This document shows, piece by piece, positions 25,592 to 33,901 of a stretch of 35,248 nt of DNA. Origin of the DNA: Aquifex aeolicus (GTDB taxonomy: Bacteria; Aquificota; Aquificia; Aquificales; Aquificaceae); NCBI GenBank assembly GCA_011375045.1, contig DRNB01000008.1, forward strand, positions 1 through 35,248. The letters run 5' to 3'. The notes under the pieces are model-generated. The model was not told where the DNA came from. It saw nothing but the letters and a program-made list of their open reading frames with translations, and searched no databases. Each line of letters starts with the position of its first letter. Position 1 is the stretch's first letter. The translations under genes and the position numbers were made by a program.

Positions 25592-26092
25592 ATGAGAAAG
25601 GTTCTGCTGATGGGTCTGGCGGCAGGGTTTATTCTCTGGGGCTGTGGTGGCGGTGGGGGAGGAGATGGCGGAGATGGCAGCGGTGATGCTTCCACGGTTC
25701 CTTCCTACGGCATAAAGATAAGCTCCTTCACCGCTGATCCTGACACCGTGAGCCTCGGGCAGAGCTTTATTTTGTCCGCAGGCTACAGCTTCAGCTCGGC
25801 GAACGGAACCGTTTACTGGGAGATAAAGATCAGCGATCAGAGCGGATCCGTGGATGTCCAGATAGCACGCTTTTACTGCGGTGGAGCTTACGGGTGTCCC
25901 ACGAGCTTTTCCGTAACCTGCGACTGGTTTACCAATCAATACGGTCAGTGGCTTACCTGCACGAATCCTTCCGGGGACAGTCTGACGATCCAGCCCTACT
26001 CGGGCAGCTACACGGTAACCCTGAAGGGGTGCGTGTGGGCGGTTACCAGACAGCTCTGTGATGCGGCCGCTGCATCCGTAACGCTTCAGTAG
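25592..26092 (+). CDS. Lipoprotein with a Gly-rich tether and a beta-rich Cys-containing domain
   Basis: Lipobox LWGC, then GGGGGGDGGDGSG. Confidence 0.8.
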   Translation: MRKVLLMGLAAGFILWGCGGGGGGDGGDGSGDASTVPSYGIKISSFTADPDTVSLGQSFILSAGYSFSSANGTVYWEIKISDQSGSVDVQIARFYCGGAYGCPTSFSVTCDWFTNQYGQWLTCTNPSGDSLTIQPYSGSYTVTLKGCVWAVTRQLCDAAAASVTLQ

Positions 26093-26096
26093 AGCC

Positions 26097-26567
26097 GTGA
26101 GGGTGGTTAAGTTTCTGGTTCTGACAGCTCTGGCGGGATACGGGATGGGATCTCTGGTGGGCTGGGGGCTTTCGGAGAGGGAGGTGAGGATGGCGATGTG
26201 TGCGTATTATTCGGAGTGGGAGTTCTGCAGGGAGGTGAAGAAGGAAGAAAGGCTCAGGGATCTTGCCCTATCAGGACTTTCGAGGAAGGTTCACGAGCTT
26301 GAGATGAAGCTGAGGGAGAGGGAGGAGAAAAGGGAGAATCTCTGCGTGAAGGCTTACAGGCTCAACATACGTCTTTATCCTCTGGATGGGAAGGTGATAG
26401 GGGTTTACAGGAAGGGGGCGAGGGTGGAGGTTCTGGACAGGATAGGGGGGTGGGTGAGGACTGAGGAAGGCTGGGTCAGTGAGAAGTGGCTGGAGAGGTG
26501 TTCTGAAGCTGCTGAAGCTGGAGGTGTGTCTGCCGGCAGTGGTAATTCCGATGTATTGAGGAAATGA
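26097..26567 (+). CDS. Membrane-anchored coiled-coil plus bacterial SH3 domain protein
   Basis: LNIR..P..GKVIG...KG.RVEVL...GGWV.T..GWVS..WL. Confidence 0.8.
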   Translation: MRVVKFLVLTALAGYGMGSLVGWGLSEREVRMAMCAYYSEWEFCREVKKEERLRDLALSGLSRKVHELEMKLREREEKRENLCVKAYRLNIRLYPLDGKVIGVYRKGARVEVLDRIGGWVRTEEGWVSEKWLERCSEAAEAGGVSAGSGNSDVLRK

Positions 26568-27166
26568 GGGAACTGATGGCAGCTCTTCTGGCAGGCTTTG
26601 CTTTCGGCATGGAGGTTCAGGAGAAGAAGGTGCTTGAGGAGCTGGAGAAGCTGAAGGGGAGGGGGATGCTGAGTGAGGAAATGATGAAGAGGATAGAGGA
26701 GTATAAGGACTTCGGGAGGCGGGCGAAGGAAGAGGCTCTCAGGAAGGCGAAGGAGTGGGAGATAAGGAGGGAGGACGGGAGGGTAGTGGTGGAGAGGAGG
26801 AAGGAGGAGGAAAAGAGGAAGACCCTTCCCACCGTTTACATCTTTATATCCTCTTCCGTTCCTCTTGAGATCTGGTGGAGGTATGCCCACTACCTTCTGG
26901 AGAGGAACATCCCTGGAGTTTTCGTTCTCAGAGGCTGCATAGGGGGATGCAGGTATATACGGCCCACCCTTGAGTTCGTTCAGAGGTTTCTTACCGAGGA
27001 GGGGAGGAACGAGGAGGGTCTTCCGGTGGAGGTGCAGATAGATCCTTTGAAGTTCAGGGACTATGGTGTAAAGGTTGTTCCCTGCGTGGCTCTTGAGGGG
27101 AAGGAGAAGCTTTCCTGCGGAGACTGGAGCCTGGAATACCACCTGAAGGAGCTCGGAGCGTGGTGA
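26564..27166 (+). CDS. trbC: F-type TrbC
   Basis: YIFISSSVP, FVLRG, VQIDP..F..YGV..VP, GD.SL.Y.L. Confidence 0.9.
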   Translation: MRELMAALLAGFAFGMEVQEKKVLEELEKLKGRGMLSEEMMKRIEEYKDFGRRAKEEALRKAKEWEIRREDGRVVVERRKEEEKRKTLPTVYIFISSSVPLEIWWRYAHYLLERNIPGVFVLRGCIGGCRYIRPTLEFVQRFLTEEGRNEEGLPVEVQIDPLKFRDYGVKVVPCVALEGKEKLSCGDWSLEYHLKELGAW

Positions 27167-27816
27167 AGGTAGAGGGCATCTACAGGGACAGGGAGAAGAT
27201 AGGCCAGGAGGTTCTCACGGACGAAAAAAGGTTTGAGGTCTTCATGAAGAACGGGAACAAGGAAAGGTTCTTTCGGAGCATAGATGAAGGCATAGACTTT
27301 TCGCTTTTCATTCACCACGTAAACTGGGCAAAAAGAAGCAGGATGAGGGGATACTTTTTCATTAACCTCAAGCCTTCCACCCTGGTGAAGTATTCAAGGG
27401 AGATAGTTCACGTGCTGGACAGAAAGATAGTGGTGGAGATAAGGGAGGACTTTCTGACGGACGAGGAGGTGGAGATCATAAAGAGGCTGAGGGAGGACTT
27501 TCCTTTTCTGCTTTCCATAGACGATATGGGGAAGGGAGCCTCAAATCTTGACCGTGTAAGGGAACTTCTTCCGAACTTCATAAAGCTCGACATCAAGATA
27601 ATCGGGAGCGTTTCCCAGCTCACCTTCTTCGTGAGCTTCTTGAGGGAGTTTGCTCCCCGGTCGATCCTCATAGCGGAGAAGGTGGAGACGGAGAAGGACT
27701 ACAGGATGATAAGGGGGGTGGGGATAAAGCTGTGGCAGGGATGGTATGAGAGGCAGCTCAGGAGTGCGGAGAAGGATGAAAAAGAAGGTGTTTGCTCTTG
27801 TGGACGTGGGGAATGA
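27160..27816 (+). CDS. Stand-alone EAL-domain c-di-GMP phosphodiesterase
   Basis: FEVF, FINL, VEIRE, IDDMGKG.SNL, IKLD, AEKVET, QGWY. Confidence 0.88.
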   Translation: MVKVEGIYRDREKIGQEVLTDEKRFEVFMKNGNKERFFRSIDEGIDFSLFIHHVNWAKRSRMRGYFFINLKPSTLVKYSREIVHVLDRKIVVEIREDFLTDEEVEIIKRLREDFPFLLSIDDMGKGASNLDRVRELLPNFIKLDIKIIGSVSQLTFFVSFLREFAPRSILIAEKVETEKDYRMIRGVGIKLWQGWYERQLRSAEKDEKEGVCSCGRGE

Positions 27817-28330
27817 TCTTCCGCAAAAGTGCAGGGAAGTGGTAGAGAAGCTGGTGGAAACCTGTTTGCTGGATCCGTGTCTCAGAATTCCGAACAGGCT
27901 TTACTGGGAAATTCTGGGCAGAAGGGAACTGGAAATAGGCAGGAGGCTTGAATCTCCGCTTTCACTCCTTTTTGTAGATGTTGATGGACTCAAAAAGATA
28001 AACGACACTTACGGGCACCGTGCGGGGGATGTATATCTCAGGAAGGTAGTAGACATCTTAAAATCCTTTACAAGGTCTTCGGATCTCGTAATCCGCTGGG
28101 GAGGAGATGAGTTTGTGGTTCTGCTTCATACGGATGAAAGGGGAGCCGGGATTGTCAGGGACAGGATATACAGGGTTATGGAAAGCAGCTGGATTGAGAT
28201 AGGGACGGAGAAGGTAAGGCCTTCTGTGAGTATAGGTATTGCGGAAATCAGGGGTTCTTTCTCCGAGGCTCTTGCTCTTGCGGACAGCAGGATGTATGAG
28301 GAGAAAAAGCTACGTAAGCTCAACACGTAG
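27776..28330 (+). CDS. Stand-alone GGDEF diguanylate cyclase
   Basis: DVDGLKKINDTYGH.AGD, RSSD I-site, RWGGDEF, SIG, AD.RMY..K. Confidence 0.93.
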   Translation: MKKKVFALVDVGNDLPQKCREVVEKLVETCLLDPCLRIPNRLYWEILGRRELEIGRRLESPLSLLFVDVDGLKKINDTYGHRAGDVYLRKVVDILKSFTRSSDLVIRWGGDEFVVLLHTDERGAGIVRDRIYRVMESSWIEIGTEKVRPSVSIGIAEIRGSFSEALALADSRMYEEKKLRKLNT

Positions 28331-30622
28331 CTTTGCATAGGGAGATCTGAGCTTTTCCGCTGCAGTTTTGGGATCCGCACAGGGAATTCTGAGGAAGACA
28401 AATTCCCCTTCGATTTTCTTTCCGTTCAGAAGCCTTCCCTCCACAAACTGACCCCCGAGAGCGGTTTCTATCTTTTCATCTTCAACCCCTTCCACCCCTG
28501 CGCTTTTCAGTATTTCCCGGAGATAGTTCTTCTCCACGTAGATGTAATTGTCGTAAAAAACAGCGTTCCTGCTTCTGTTTACCTCGCTTCTTATCCTGCT
28601 CATTACAAAATCCGCCTTTATCTCCACACCTCCTTCCTCCTGCTTTAACAGTGTTCTTTCCTCCTCCCTTGCCTTTTGATCCGCAGACCTTACTATTTTT
28701 GCGGGTTCCGAGGATGTTTCTTTCTCGTGATGCTCACAGGCTGCTTTTATTATCTCACCGCTTATACCCAGCTTGATAAGCACTTCCCTGGTCTTAACGA
28801 TGTGATCTTCTTTCGTATAGTTTCTCTTGGTAACCACAGCCTTTCCGAAATCATGAACAAGAGCTGAAAGAACTGCTACCTCCTTCTGTTCCTGGGTCAG
28901 ATCCTCCCTGCTGCTCACTTCCTCGTAAGCCTTGAAGGCAGTTCTCAGGGAATGATCAAGGAGGCTTACTCTGGAAAGGATGCTTTTGCTCTTGACGGTG
29001 CTTGCTATGTTTTTAAGCCCCTGAACAAAATCAAGGAGCTTAAGATAATCTTCTCTGTAAATTTTGATAAAGTCTCTGGTTTTCCGGTAAAACTCCTCGA
29101 CACCGGGATCTTCAAAAACATAGTGCTTTCCCACCTTCCAGTTTTCTTTAAGATCATGCATGAGAACAACAAGTATCTCCTCCTCACCTCTCACGTCGAG
29201 GTAATTGGAGGAAAGATCCTTCATGTTAACCACAACATCAGCCTTTACCTTCGCAGGTTCGTCCGTCCAGACCACTTTTACCCTGAGCCTGTCCTTGTGA
29301 AGGGGGGTGTAGAAGTAATAGACTGTTCCGTCCAGAAAAGCATACCCGTATCCCTCTTTGAGGGACTGAAGATCAAACTGATCTATAAGTCTATCCCTCT
29401 GATAGGTAATGGATATGGAATTCTTGTGCACTATTGCTCTCGGACGCTCTATTTCAGGAGAAAGTCTTGCCACATACTCTCCGTCCTCCCTTGAGTTCAT
29501 TCTGAGAAAAATTCTCAGATCACAGGAGTTCATTATATCCTCCACCACCTCTCTCCCCTTTTCCCTAAAAGCGGACGCAAGTCCCGAAGGCGACTGTGTA
29601 AGCATGAACATGGAAACGTTCCTTTCCCTTACAAGCCTGACAGCCTTGTTTATCTCGTGGAAGGCAACTTCCGTCAGCTCATCTACGTTTATACGAAGCT
29701 GGGGTTGAATGGTTTTGAGTTCTCCGCTCTTTTTACCGACGTAGATGAGAAGCCACGCCAGCAGAAGCCTTGCCACATCGTAAGCGGTCTGCTTCATAGC
29801 TTCCGCATTCAGGAAAGCGAAAAACCGGAGCTCTCCCCTTTCGAGTCTTTCTTCAAGAAGATTCTTCTTGAGCCTCACATCAAGGATTCTTCCCGCTTCT
29901 CCTGTAATCAGACGGGTCAGATATGTTCTCAGGGAAGCGTTTACCCTCGGGAAGAACTGGGGATCGTAGGAAGTGAGTTTATCAAGGGTTTTGATGGCTT
30001 CATCCCTGTATTCACTGTTCACATCCGTATCGGATATGACCTTTCTCTGGAGCTCTTCTATTCCTTCCACGGTAATATAGCTGTAAATATCCGAAAACGT
30101 TATCTGCTCCATACCTTTAGCCTTAAGACCCAGAGAAGTTACAAGGGTGATCTCATAGGAAATCTGCCACCAGAAGGGTTCCTTACTTTCGGGAACACCT
30201 GAAGCCACAACAAAGGCTATCTGATGGGGGGTAAGACCCTGAAGGGGATTAAACTTGAAGGAAACCTCGGGATAGGGAAGAGCAAGTATTATGGGTCCCT
30301 TTTCCCTGTCGTAAAGCACTCCCCTTCTGTAACAGGCCTTCAAAAAGGCTTCGAGCCACGAAACCGAACCTTTCGGATCTATGTTAAAGGACTGGTATCC
30401 GGTCATTATGTCTTCATAAGTCTTTCTCGCTACAAGCTCTGACTTCCCGGATCCCGCAGCTCCGAACACTATTCCCTGATTCTGAGGCTTTTCCCAGTAA
30501 ATCCTTCCCATATCCCCTGACATGAGGTCCTTCCCGAACCCCACGTAAACCCATCCGTTTCTGGAATCTACCCTGAAGGGCCTGGTAAGCCTTTTCCTGA
30601 TTTCCTGAAGTAAACCTGCCAT
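28310..30622 (-). CDS. traD: TraD/VirD4-like coupling protein fused to a C-terminal HD domain
   Basis: GAAGSGKS, IDPKG, FNPL, VDE, LTQS; then IAS...SLLDHSLRTA...SALVHDFGK...H...HHE...RSADQ. No N-terminal TM helices. Confidence 0.85.
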   Translation of the reverse strand: MAGLLQEIRKRLTRPFRVDSRNGWVYVGFGKDLMSGDMGRIYWEKPQNQGIVFGAAGSGKSELVARKTYEDIMTGYQSFNIDPKGSVSWLEAFLKACYRRGVLYDREKGPIILALPYPEVSFKFNPLQGLTPHQIAFVVASGVPESKEPFWWQISYEITLVTSLGLKAKGMEQITFSDIYSYITVEGIEELQRKVISDTDVNSEYRDEAIKTLDKLTSYDPQFFPRVNASLRTYLTRLITGEAGRILDVRLKKNLLEERLERGELRFFAFLNAEAMKQTAYDVARLLLAWLLIYVGKKSGELKTIQPQLRINVDELTEVAFHEINKAVRLVRERNVSMFMLTQSPSGLASAFREKGREVVEDIMNSCDLRIFLRMNSREDGEYVARLSPEIERPRAIVHKNSISITYQRDRLIDQFDLQSLKEGYGYAFLDGTVYYFYTPLHKDRLRVKVVWTDEPAKVKADVVVNMKDLSSNYLDVRGEEEILVVLMHDLKENWKVGKHYVFEDPGVEEFYRKTRDFIKIYREDYLKLLDFVQGLKNIASTVKSKSILSRVSLLDHSLRTAFKAYEEVSSREDLTQEQKEVAVLSALVHDFGKAVVTKRNYTKEDHIVKTREVLIKLGISGEIIKAACEHHEKETSSEPAKIVRSADQKAREEERTLLKQEEGGVEIKADFVMSRIRSEVNRSRNAVFYDNYIYVEKNYLREILKSAGVEGVEDEKIETALGGQFVEGRLLNGKKIEGEFVFLRIPCADPKTAAEKLRSPYAKLRVELT

Positions 30623-30629
30623 ACCTTAA

Positions 30630-30657
30630 TTTTCACAATACATCCCCCTCCTGTCAA
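30630..30657 (-). promoter_or_regulatory. Possible traD promoter (TTGACA, weak -10 GAAAAT), very short leader
   Basis: Minus strand ttgaca ggaggggatgtattgt gaaaat taaggt ATG. Confidence 0.45.
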
Positions 30658-30815
30658 GTCCTTCTCTCAAGCTTTAGAGACATTTCCGAAAAACTGGCGA
30701 AGAACAGCGGGGAAAAACAAGGGAAGAAAAAAGAAAAAGCAAGAATTTTTTAATATGTCAGAAAACTACCCCGCTTCCCGAAGCACTTGAAGTTTAAGGA
30801 TTTAGGGAGATTCAA

Positions 30816-30891
30816 TGGTAGGCGCGGGGGGACTCGAACCCCCGACCTCCGGCGTGTCGGGCCGGCGCTCTCCCGGCTGAGCTACGCGCCT
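30816..30891 (-). tRNA. tRNA-Val(GAC), CCA encoded; probable ICE integration site
   Basis: AGGCGCG TAGCTCAGCCGGGAGAGC G CCGGC CCGACAC GCCGG AGGTC GGGGG TTCGAGT CCCCC CGCGCCT ACCA folds as a full cloverleaf. Confidence 0.97.
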
Positions 30892-30904
30892 TGATCTCTA
30901 TCGA

Positions 30905-30933
30905 ATTATCGCCATGTTGCTTCCGGTAGTCAA
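30905..30933 (-). promoter_or_regulatory. tRNA promoter TTGACT-17-GATAAT
   Basis: Minus strand ttgact accggaagcaacatggc gataat, 13 nt before the tRNA. Confidence 0.75.
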
Positions 30934-30953
30934 GCTGTAAAGGGTGTTACCCA

Positions 30954-31613
30954 TCACCCGCCGGACACCTCCAGATCCGTGAACACGAATATATCCCCTT
31001 CCCCTCTAACCTTCCGGGCGGGTATGTCTCCGCCGTGGATCAGAGCGGTCAGGGCTTTTCTCTTACTCTCTCCGAAGACGAGGAAGGCTATCTCTCCGGA
31101 GCGGTTTATGAACTCTAAGCTCATGCTGATCCTCTTCAGACCGTCCGGAGATTCGGAGAGGCAGGCGTTCACACCGCAGGGTTCGCAGGGTGTCCGGGGA
31201 AACAGGGAGGCGGTGTGTCCGTCCTCACCGATACCCAGCAGTATGAAGTCGAGCCTCCCGATCCGGGAAAGCTCCCTGTCGAACTCCCCGCAGGCTTCTT
31301 CGGGGGAGAGCTCTGTTCTTATCCTGTAAACCCTTGCTCTTTCCCCCAGAAGCTCCCTGATCATCCTCCAGTTGCTCCTCGGATCCGTGGAGGGGACGCA
31401 GCGCTCGTCCGTCGGAAGGAAGTAGCTTTCCTCCCAGTAGGGGAAGTTCTCCCTCATCTTCCTGTAGAGATTCCGGGGGCTGCTTCCCCCCGCAAGGCCT
31501 GCTGTAAAGGATCCCTTCCGCTCCACGCTCCGGCGGGCGATCCCTGTTATGAACTCCAGAAGCTCCCCGAAGAGCTCCTCCCTCTTTTCCCGTCTCACCA
31601 GCCTGTAGCTCAT
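30954..31613 (-). CDS. pgl: 6-phosphogluconolactonase
   Basis: LAGGSSP, DERCVP...SN, LLGIGEDGHTASLFP; ATG at 31613 coupled to the zwf stop. Confidence 0.95.
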   Translation of the reverse strand: MSYRLVRREKREELFGELLEFITGIARRSVERKGSFTAGLAGGSSPRNLYRKMRENFPYWEESYFLPTDERCVPSTDPRSNWRMIRELLGERARVYRIRTELSPEEACGEFDRELSRIGRLDFILLGIGEDGHTASLFPRTPCEPCGVNACLSESPDGLKRISMSLEFINRSGEIAFLVFGESKRKALTALIHGGDIPARKVRGEGDIFVFTDLEVSGG

Positions 31614-32983
31614 CAGACGAGGACCCACCTCCTCCCGTCGCGTTTTATGAACTCCTCAGCCTCCCTTGGACCCCACGTGCCGGGCTTGTAGAGGGGTACG
31701 TCCTCATCCTCCCTCCAGCGGTCTATTATGGACTGGACTATCTCCCACGCAAGCTCGGACTCGTCCTCCCTTATGAAGAGGGTCTGATCGCCGTCGATTA
31801 CGTCCTCTAAAAGGGTCTCGTAAGCCTCCGGAGGCTCCTGTCCGAAGTGCTTGGAGAGATCGATCTCCATGGAGCTTTCCACGGTGCACGCTAAGAAACC
31901 CGTGGGGGGCATCATCTGAAATCTGAAGATCACCCTCGTGGCCGGGGCTATTTCGAAGGCGAGCTTGTTCTGATCGGGCATGCACCCCAGTATCCTGCCG
32001 AAGTTGCCGGGTATCTCCTTGAAGAGGACCACAGCCTCGGTTTTCTTCTCCTTCAGCTTCTTTCCCGTTCTCAGGTAGAAGGGGACACCCTCCCACCGGA
32101 AGTTCTCTATATACAGCTTGACCGCAGCGTAGGTCTCCGTGTTAGAATCCCTACCGAGCTCGTGGGTGTAGCCGCTGTACTGTCCCCTCACCGCGTAGCG
32201 GTCCACCTCCTCCTCCTTGATCCTCCTGATGGAGGCGAGAACCTTAACCTTCTCGTCCCTTATCCTCTCCGCGGACATGACCGCCGGAGGTTCCATGGCG
32301 AGGAAGGCGAGTATCTGAAGGAGGTGGTTCTGAATCATGTCCCTCAGGGCACCTATCCGGTCGTAGTAGCTGGCTCTGCCTTCCAGTCCGAGGGTTTCCG
32401 TTGCGGAGATCTGGATGTTGTCTATGAAGTTTTTGTTCCATATGCCTTCGAAGATGTAGTTGGAGAACCTTATGGAGAGGATGTTCTGGATCGGAACCTT
32501 CCCGAGGAAGTGGTCTATCCTGTATATCTCCCGCTCCGTGAAGTATCTCTTGAGCTGGAAGTTCAGGCTCTTTGCGGACTTGAGATCGAACCCGAAGGGT
32601 TTTTCTATGACGATCTTCCGGGGGTTCGAGAACCTTCTCAGAAGCGACCCCGTGTTTATGATGGTCGGCTCGAAGAGGCTGGGGGGAAGAGCCAGGTAAA
32701 AGATAAGCTCCACGTTGGGGAGGGCTTCTATCTCCCTTCTGAGGGTTTCGTAGTCCTTCTTCTCGGTAACATCGAAGTTCAGGAACTTGAAAAAGCGGGC
32801 GAACTCGGGATCCAGCCGGTCCGTGTAGTCCTTGAGTTTGTCCGCATCCCTCCCCAGGGCGCAGATAAGGCGCAGCCCGGAGAGCTTTCCCTTTTTGTAG
32901 AGGCTCTGGAGCACCGGATAGAGCTTTCTGCGGGCGAGATCCCCCGTTCCGCCGAATATAAAGAAGGCTGTCTCCCTCTTCAT
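31613..32983 (-). CDS. zwf: Glucose-6-phosphate dehydrogenase
   Basis: FGGTGDLARRKL, EKPFG, RIDHFLGK, DMIQNHLLQ; true start MKRETAFF at 32983. Confidence 0.97.
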   Translation of the reverse strand: MKRETAFFIFGGTGDLARRKLYPVLQSLYKKGKLSGLRLICALGRDADKLKDYTDRLDPEFARFFKFLNFDVTEKKDYETLRREIEALPNVELIFYLALPPSLFEPTIINTGSLLRRFSNPRKIVIEKPFGFDLKSAKSLNFQLKRYFTEREIYRIDHFLGKVPIQNILSIRFSNYIFEGIWNKNFIDNIQISATETLGLEGRASYYDRIGALRDMIQNHLLQILAFLAMEPPAVMSAERIRDEKVKVLASIRRIKEEEVDRYAVRGQYSGYTHELGRDSNTETYAAVKLYIENFRWEGVPFYLRTGKKLKEKKTEAVVLFKEIPGNFGRILGCMPDQNKLAFEIAPATRVIFRFQMMPPTGFLACTVESSMEIDLSKHFGQEPPEAYETLLEDVIDGDQTLFIREDESELAWEIVQSIIDRWREDEDVPLYKPGTWGPREAEEFIKRDGRRWVLV

Positions 32984-33885
32984 TCTTCCTTCCTCTTTAC
33001 CGTGTGTCCGCCGAATTCGAACCTGAGAGCTGCGAGAAGCTTGTCCCTGAAGGAGTCTCTCTGGCGGGATCTGAACCTTCCCCACAGGGCGTCCGCCATA
33101 ACCCAGACGGGAACGCCCGAGTGAACCGCTTCGAGGACCGTCCACCTGCCCTCGCCGGAGTCTTCCACGTAGGGCTCTATTCCCTCGAGACCTTTGAAGT
33201 CTTTGAAGGCTTTGTAGGTCAGATCCATAAGCCAGGAGCGTATAACGCTTCCCCTCGTGTATATGCGGGCGACCTCCTCCAGATCGAGATCGAACTCGCT
33301 CTCCTTCATGAGCTCGAAGCCCTCCGCTATTGCCTGCATCATCCCGTACTCTATGCCGTTGTGAACCATCTTTACGAAGTGCCCGCTTCCGGAGGCGCCC
33401 ACGTAACCGTACCCGTCCCCTTCGTAAGCCAGATCCCTGAAGAGATCCTCCACCTCTTCGAAAACCTGCCTGTCCCCTCCTATCATCAGACAGTATCCCT
33501 CCCTTTCACCCCACACGCCGCCGCTCACCCCCACGTCGAGGAAGCGTACTCCCCTCTCAGCCAGCTCCCTGTATCGTCTGATGGAATCCCTGAAGTAGGA
33601 GTTTCCCCCCTCGATCAGCGTATCACCCTCCCTGAGGAAGGGTGCGAGGCTCTGCAGGGCGGAATCGACGACCTGAGCCGGAACCATTATCCACAGGAGC
33701 TTTCTGTCCGAAAACCACTGGCACAGCTCCTCAGGCGTGCTGTGGGTTTCTATGCCCGCATCGCGAGCCTGCCTGCGGGATTCCTCGCTGACGTCGTAGC
33801 CGGCAACACGCCACCCCTTGGTTTTGAGGCGCTTTGCAATTCCTAACCCCATTCTCCCCAGTCCGACAACACCTATCTCCCTCAT
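32980..33885 (-). CDS. gnd: 6-phosphogluconate dehydrogenase (short, YqeC/GntZ-like)
   Basis: GVVGLGRMG, GGNS, DVGVSGG.WG, GHFVKMVHNGIEYG, DSGEGRWT, FGGH; start MREIG at 33885. Confidence 0.96.
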   Translation of the reverse strand: MREIGVVGLGRMGLGIAKRLKTKGWRVAGYDVSEESRRQARDAGIETHSTPEELCQWFSDRKLLWIMVPAQVVDSALQSLAPFLREGDTLIEGGNSYFRDSIRRYRELAERGVRFLDVGVSGGVWGEREGYCLMIGGDRQVFEEVEDLFRDLAYEGDGYGYVGASGSGHFVKMVHNGIEYGMMQAIAEGFELMKESEFDLDLEEVARIYTRGSVIRSWLMDLTYKAFKDFKGLEGIEPYVEDSGEGRWTVLEAVHSGVPVWVMADALWGRFRSRQRDSFRDKLLAALRFEFGGHTVKRKEE

Positions 33886-33901
33886 ACTAAAATTGTAAAT
33901 T

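Larger units (their letters stand above)
1..30815. mobile_element. Integrative conjugative element (F-type T4SS, MPF-F), right-hand part, abutting the 3' end of tRNA-Val; left end and integrase lie outside the window
   Basis: Near-complete tra gene set, a coupling protein and leading-region-type small genes end right at the CCA end of a tRNA. Housekeeping genes with visibly more GC-rich codon usage start beyond the tRNA. Confidence 0.88.

Noticed and set aside
28600-29050. Cas3 HD nuclease or HD-GYP phosphodiesterase
   Set aside because: No cas genes, helicase or array; no GYP motif; the fusion context is a coupling protein.
1-30815. Integrase and second att repeat
   Set aside because: No tyrosine or serine recombinase motifs and no copy of the tRNA 3' end were noticed; presumed to be outside the window.
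3803-33846. Long antisense or alternative-frame ORFs (e.g. 3803-4648-, 17389-18225-, 20409-21461-, 24964-25695-, 26405-27142-, 32162-33124+, 33004-33846+)
   Set aside because: They are shadows of well-supported genes, with no motifs or SD.
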